Shown: positions 59,693 through 64,000 of the stretch, piece by piece | Numbering within the stretch: position 1 is the first letter of the stretch | How the letters are laid out: the number at the start of each line of letters is the position of its first letter | Assembly (NCBI GenBank): GCA_013388645.1 | Contig: JACAEV010000100.1 | Span: forward strand, 24,934 to 88,933 | Direction of reading: 5' to 3' | DNA: 64,000 nucleotides | Source of the DNA: Syntrophaceae bacterium | GTDB taxonomy: Bacteria > Desulfobacterota > BSN033 > UBA1163 | Made by a program: the position numbers and the translations under genes | Notes under the pieces: model-generated | The model's database searches: none | What the model was told of the DNA's origin: nothing | Seen by the model: the letters and a program-made list of their open reading frames with translations, nothing else

Positions 59693-62183
59693 TCAGATGG
59701 TCCATCTGTTGCTCCTTCTGAGTAGGAGTCCCAGGTATTTCGGGTCAAAAATTCGATAGGTCACAAGTTTTACTCGATCGTTTAGCAGGAACCAGATCAA
59801 GGCATAGCCCCATACCAGCAGTGCCCATCCCCAACCAATCGGGGTCATAAAGAGGCCATAGACTGTGATGAATGTTGCAACCAATTGGGTTCCTACCACA
59901 GCCCAAATGAGAACCGGTGCAGGCCGAGAGGACCAGAATGGACCACGGGTGCGGGTAACAAATATCGTTAAATGGCCAGCCACAGAAAGCTTCAAATATA
60001 TCAGAGACTGAATCATCTCCCCTGGAAGATGGAAGGTGTGTTCAGCCAAGTAAAAAAGGCCAAAGGAAGCAAGGACCCCCACAATACCAAGCCAAGCATT
60101 GTAGCCACTCCTAAAACCATTGGCATGTTCCATGATTCGGGCTGATTAGAGTAACGGGTTTGATCGAAGGCAATGGATAAGATAGCACCGTCGTTGAGCA
60201 AGGCCAGCAAAACGATCATCACCGCCGTTACAGGATAGAAGTTAAAAACTAAGATCGATAAAGTCATAAACAGCAGTACTCGGATGGTCTCAGCGATGCG
60301 GTAGATCGCGTAACTGTTCATCCGCTGGAAGATTTTTCGGCTCTCCTTGATTGCATCGATGATCACCGACAGACCCGGCGTCAACAACACGATGGCCGCT
60401 GCCGCCCGCGCCGCGTCCGTCGCGCCCGAAACGGCGATGCCGCAGTCGGCTTTCTTCAGTGCGGGCGCGTCGTTCACCCCGTCGCCGGTCATGCCGACAA
60501 TGTGCTTGTGTTGCTGCAAGACATCGACAATGTGGAACTTATGCTCGGGGAACACCTGGGCAAAACTGTCCGCTTTCTCGATGGACTCCGCCAACTGCGC
60601 CGTCTCGTGATGACGCGTGTCGCCGAAGCCGCTGGCATCAAGGATGTTCGTACCCAGCCCCATTTGCCCGGCGGTTTCCCGACCAATTGCCAATTGATCA
60701 CCCGTAACCATCTTCACGTTCACGCCCATCTGCCGCACCGTGGCGATGGTCGCTTTCGAATCCTCGCGGGGTGGATCGTAAAGCGGCAGGACACCAAGAA
60801 ACTGCCAACGCCCCTGCTCGTCGGTGCGCGCCACGCCGAGAGAACGGAAGCCGTGTGCCGCAAAGCTGTTGATCGCTTTCTCTACTACGGACTTTACCTG
60901 CGCCGCATTGGCCGCCAACTCCAATATCACCTGTGCCGCACCTTTCGTCACCTTGAACGTTTTCCCATCTGCCGTTTTAACAGTGGCCTCGGTGCGCTTG
61001 TGCACGGGGTCGAAAGGCTGGAAGTTCGTGACTCGGTAACTGTTCAGTTGCTGACCATCCTTCACACCACTGAGGACTGCGAGATCGATCGTATCCCGAT
61101 TTTCGGCACGCGACGCCAGCGCGGCGTTGAGAATCACCTGATCGGAGTTGACTCCTTCGACGCTGAACGGGACGCCCAGAGTCAGCTTGTTCTGCGTCAG
61201 CGTGCCCGTTTTGTCTGAGCAGAGCACATCCATCCCCGCCAACTCTTCGATAGCTACGAGCCGACTGACAATCGCTTGTTTTGTCGCCAGCAGCCGCGCC
61301 CCCACGGCCATTGTTACTGACATAACGGTTGGCATTGCCACCGGAATGGCGGCCACGGTCAGCACCAGCGCAAACTGCAGCGTGGTGGTCATCTTGTCGC
61401 CACGAAACAGCGCAACTGCCAGAATCATAATCACCAGCGCCACCGCCAGCATGATCAGGTAGTCGCCGATTTTTAACACAGCGCGCTGGAAGTGGCTAAC
61501 GGTGTGCGCCTCCTGCACCAGTTGCGCGGTCTTGCCGAAGTAGGTCTTCTGACCCGTACCATACACCAGCCCATCAATTTCGCCTTGACGAATAATCGAC
61601 CCCGAGTAAACCGCCTCGCTGGGTTTGCGCGTAACGGGCAACGACTCACCCGTCAATGCGGACTGATCCACTTCCACCGGGTCACCCTCCAACAAGCGCG
61701 CATCTGCCGGTACGATGTCGCCGAGACGCAGGCGGACAACGTCGCCCGGTACAAGCTCACGCGCACGGACGGACGTCCACTTCCCGTCTCGCCGCACACG
61801 AGCTTGCAGCGCTAGTTTCTCTTTAAGCGCTGCAATAGCGTTGCAAGCCTGGTATTCTTCCCAGAAACCAACGGCAGCATTGGCCACCAGCAGCACAAGG
61901 ATAATGAAGAAATCTGGCCAGTGCCTCACCATCGCTGACAGAACCACCGCTGCTTCGATCATCCAAGGGATGGGTCCCTAAAATAGGACAAAAATTTCAG
62001 AAGGGGATTCTTTTTTTCCCCAGGAAGTTCGTTGTATCCATACTGAGCAAGACGGCGTTGGGCTTCTTCCTGACTAAGACCAGCCATTGATATATCGAAA
62101 ACCTTCTTCAATTTTTCAGATGATAGATCCCTATTAGCTCTGGATTCATTTGTATCTTGTTTCGGGTACTTCTGACTTCTCAT
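59693..62183 (-). pseudogene. Second P3A H+-transporting P-type ATPase, broken by two frameshifts
   Basis: Three consecutive frame segments (62183 to about 61980, about 61978-60092, about 60090-59693) rebuild one ATPase with GPIPWMIE, TGES, IPVAMP, DKTGT, GDGVND, LLNDG and GHLTIFVTRT. Confidence 0.9.
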
Positions 62184-62193
62184 CTCATCTCCC

Positions 62194-63186
62194 CTAATTC
62201 CGAGCATTGCTGATACCATCTGATGAACTTTTATGTTTGGGCTGCGATTCTGAGAAATAAGATGATACTTTCTTTTCTTTCTCCAGCATATCCAATGCAT
62301 TATAGGCTGCTTGAGGAACCTCCACTGCTGGTTCGATATCTTCCAGCGCGACTTTCAGCGGAACAAGATATTTTCTTAGTTCACCTTTCGCCAGATCATG
62401 AATGACATGATGCGCACCCTCTCTAAGAAGTGTCGAATCTCCTCTTTTCATTAAAGCTTGAAGCAGTGGTTTTAGACCCTTAATATTCATTCCAATCAAC
62501 CCGACCGCAGCCAGCCAACGAACGTCGAATTCATCATCCTCCAGAACCTCTGTAAGAGCGGGTGCGGCGTTTGGATCCCCTATTTCACCAAGGGCTTTTG
62601 CAGCTTCCCATCTTACCCAATGTTGTGGATGTTTTAATGTTTCGATCAACTGAGGAACGGCCCGATTCCCCGTTCTCACAAGGGACTCCCGTGATTGGAT
62701 CCGGACAGTATCATCGCTTCTGGAAAGTTTCATGATAAGGCTTTGAATGGCTGGATCGATTTTATAGACCCCCATCCATCGATCCGATGCAACTCTATCG
62801 ATCACTCTTTTCAATTTGTCCGATACTTCCAATGCAATTTTTTTCAATTCCTTATTTTCTATCACTGCTAAAGCTGCTATTGGATTGAGGGCGGATACAT
62901 GGATTTTATTGTCTTCAATCTCATAGATGATTACATTACATGGAAGAAGTAAGCCAACATCTAACTCCGCTTGCAGGGATCGGTAGGCATAGAGAGGATT
63001 GCAGGCCCCTAAGATTAAATACTTTCTAAAATCCACATCTAATTTCTTTTTTAAGGTGGCCTTTACATCAATTTCTGTGAGAATCCCAAAACCTTCCTCT
63101 TTTAAAACTTCAATAACTTTTGAAACTGCCTCTTCATAAGAAGTTTCTAAAACCGTGCTGAAAACATATTCTTTAACCTTTTTCAT
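62194..63186 (-). CDS. DUF302 domain fused to HEAT repeats
   Basis: GFGILTEID, ILGACNP, GLLLPCN in the first ~135 aa, then HEAT-like repeats VRWEAAKALGEIG and VRWLAA..L. Confidence 0.8.
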   Translation of the reverse strand: MKKVKEYVFSTVLETSYEEAVSKVIEVLKEEGFGILTEIDVKATLKKKLDVDFRKYLILGACNPLYAYRSLQAELDVGLLLPCNVIIYEIEDNKIHVSALNPIAALAVIENKELKKIALEVSDKLKRVIDRVASDRWMGVYKIDPAIQSLIMKLSRSDDTVRIQSRESLVRTGNRAVPQLIETLKHPQHWVRWEAAKALGEIGDPNAAPALTEVLEDDEFDVRWLAAVGLIGMNIKGLKPLLQALMKRGDSTLLREGAHHVIHDLAKGELRKYLVPLKVALEDIEPAVEVPQAAYNALDMLEKEKKVSSYFSESQPKHKSSSDGISNARN

Positions 63187-63264
63187 GGTTCCTCACTTCG
63201 CTCCGATTGATATTGTTTTGGTTCATCTCCTCTTCGTTGCTCTTTCTCCTTGAATTGGAACATA

Positions 63265-63279
63265 ACAAGAAATATGCCA
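63265..63279 (-). promoter_or_regulatory. Putative sigma54 promoter (TGGCATATTTCTTGT)
   Basis: GG-N10-GT with the same TTCTTGT -12 variant as at 10846 and 42178. Confidence 0.65.
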
Positions 63280-63364
63280 ATTTCTTTATCAATAAAATCC
63301 TTTTTTATTACGATTGCTTATGATTTATCAGATCAATGAAAGGTGAGAAGAAATCAGGAATATG

Positions 63365-63419
63365 TCCTGTTTTATGGGACAGATTCCTGTTACACAAGAT
63401 TTTATCCTTTAAAGCAAGA
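63365..63419. promoter_or_regulatory. Triple palindromic upstream activator-like array (20-bp period)
   Basis: Sites at 63365 TCCTGttttaTGGGA, 63385 TCCTGttacaCAAGA, 63405 TCCTTtaaagCAAGA; a CAGGA half-site one period earlier ends at 63359. Confidence 0.6.
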
Positions 63420-63745
63420 CTCTCGCTGACTCATGTGAGGAAAGTATTTTGCCTTAACTTCGGGACATCCTCTCATGAAATTGTTTTAAAGATATAAATA
63501 GTATAAATATCCGGATGTGAGAGACAGGATTTAATCTTATAGCATTGTCAAGACAGGGAAGGATTACTTTAGAGACCATTACCAAACACTTTGATACAGC
63601 ATTGCAGATTTCAACCTATTATCGGTAACCATCATGTGTTGTATTAATATGCATATTTATCAAATTCTTAAATCTTTTAATTCAAAATAAATTTCGTTAT
63701 AATGTCTAGTCAATTTGAAATAGAGCTGTTTCAGGAGTGAAAACG

Positions 63746-64000
63746 ATGAAAATAATAAAATCAAAGGGACCTGAGATATTTGATATTGAATTAGAAAAAG
63801 CCCTTTTAGCCAAAAATAGGAGTTTGGCCAAAGCGAATAAGAAAAGGTTTGATCGTTCAAAAATATTAGCTATCGACATTATGGGTTCGATTGGATCAGG
63901 GAAGACCACCTTGATCAAGGCAATTTTAAAAAAACTTGGAATAGGTAAGAAGGTCGCCGTGATCGCTGGAGACCTCACTACCAGCATCGATGCAGAAAGG
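63746..64000 (+). CDS. hypB: Hydrogenase nickel incorporation GTPase HypB, 5' part (runs off the window)
   Basis: Not in the ORF track. ATG at 63746 after AGGAG: MKIIKSKGPEIFDIELEKALLAKNRSLAKANKKRFDRSKILAIDIMGSIGSGKTTLI...VAVIAGDLTTSIDAER. Confidence 0.88.
   Translation, partial: MKIIKSKGPEIFDIELEKALLAKNRSLAKANKKRFDRSKILAIDIMGSIGSGKTTLIKAILKKLGIGKKVAVIAGDLTTSIDAER

Noticed and set aside
63660..63987. Minus-strand ORFs 63660-63860 and 63706-63987
   Set aside because: They are antisense to the clear hypB start on the plus strand.
1..64000. The many 60-240 aa plus-strand and nested ORFs in the track (e.g. 5765-6283, 31298-31825, 60502-61218)
   Set aside because: They are antisense or off-frame shadows of well-supported minus-strand genes and show no family motifs.
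1..64000. CRISPR array, rRNA, tRNA, transposase or integrase
   Set aside because: None recognised. The 20-bp-period arrays have only three degenerate units with 5-nt gaps, which fits operators and not CRISPR.

Overview
Bacterial window, probably a Deltaproteobacteria/Desulfobacterota-like anaerobe (inferred from gene styles only). About 50 genes from 1 to 63.2 kb run on the minus strand; only a marC fragment and hypB are on the plus strand. Contents: a pentose-phosphate operon (gnd-zwf-pgl-tkt-rpiB-tal/pgi) behind the scar of a deleted nuo operon; envelope and acid-stress genes (two P3A H+-ATPases, one of them broken, an MgtA-type ATPase, ClC, MprF/AcvB, MlaEFD, DedA, Slp, two USPs); many proteases (FtsH, site-2, rhomboid, SDH/Clp-fold, DegP, S10, an M16 pair, a probable CPBP); and a sigma54 two-component system. 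The most striking locus is a Cyc2-like outer-membrane cytochrome-porin, a monoheme cytochrome c and a single-polypeptide Rieske/cytochrome b complex (cyt b6 + subunit IV + 2 cyt c + an internal twin-arginine Rieske domain). Three sigma54-type promoters share a triple palindromic upstream element with exact 20-bp periodicity, which suggests a local regulon. Many genes show point lesions. No CRISPR array, rRNA, tRNA or transposase was recognised. All calls come from reading motifs by eye; no database search was run.
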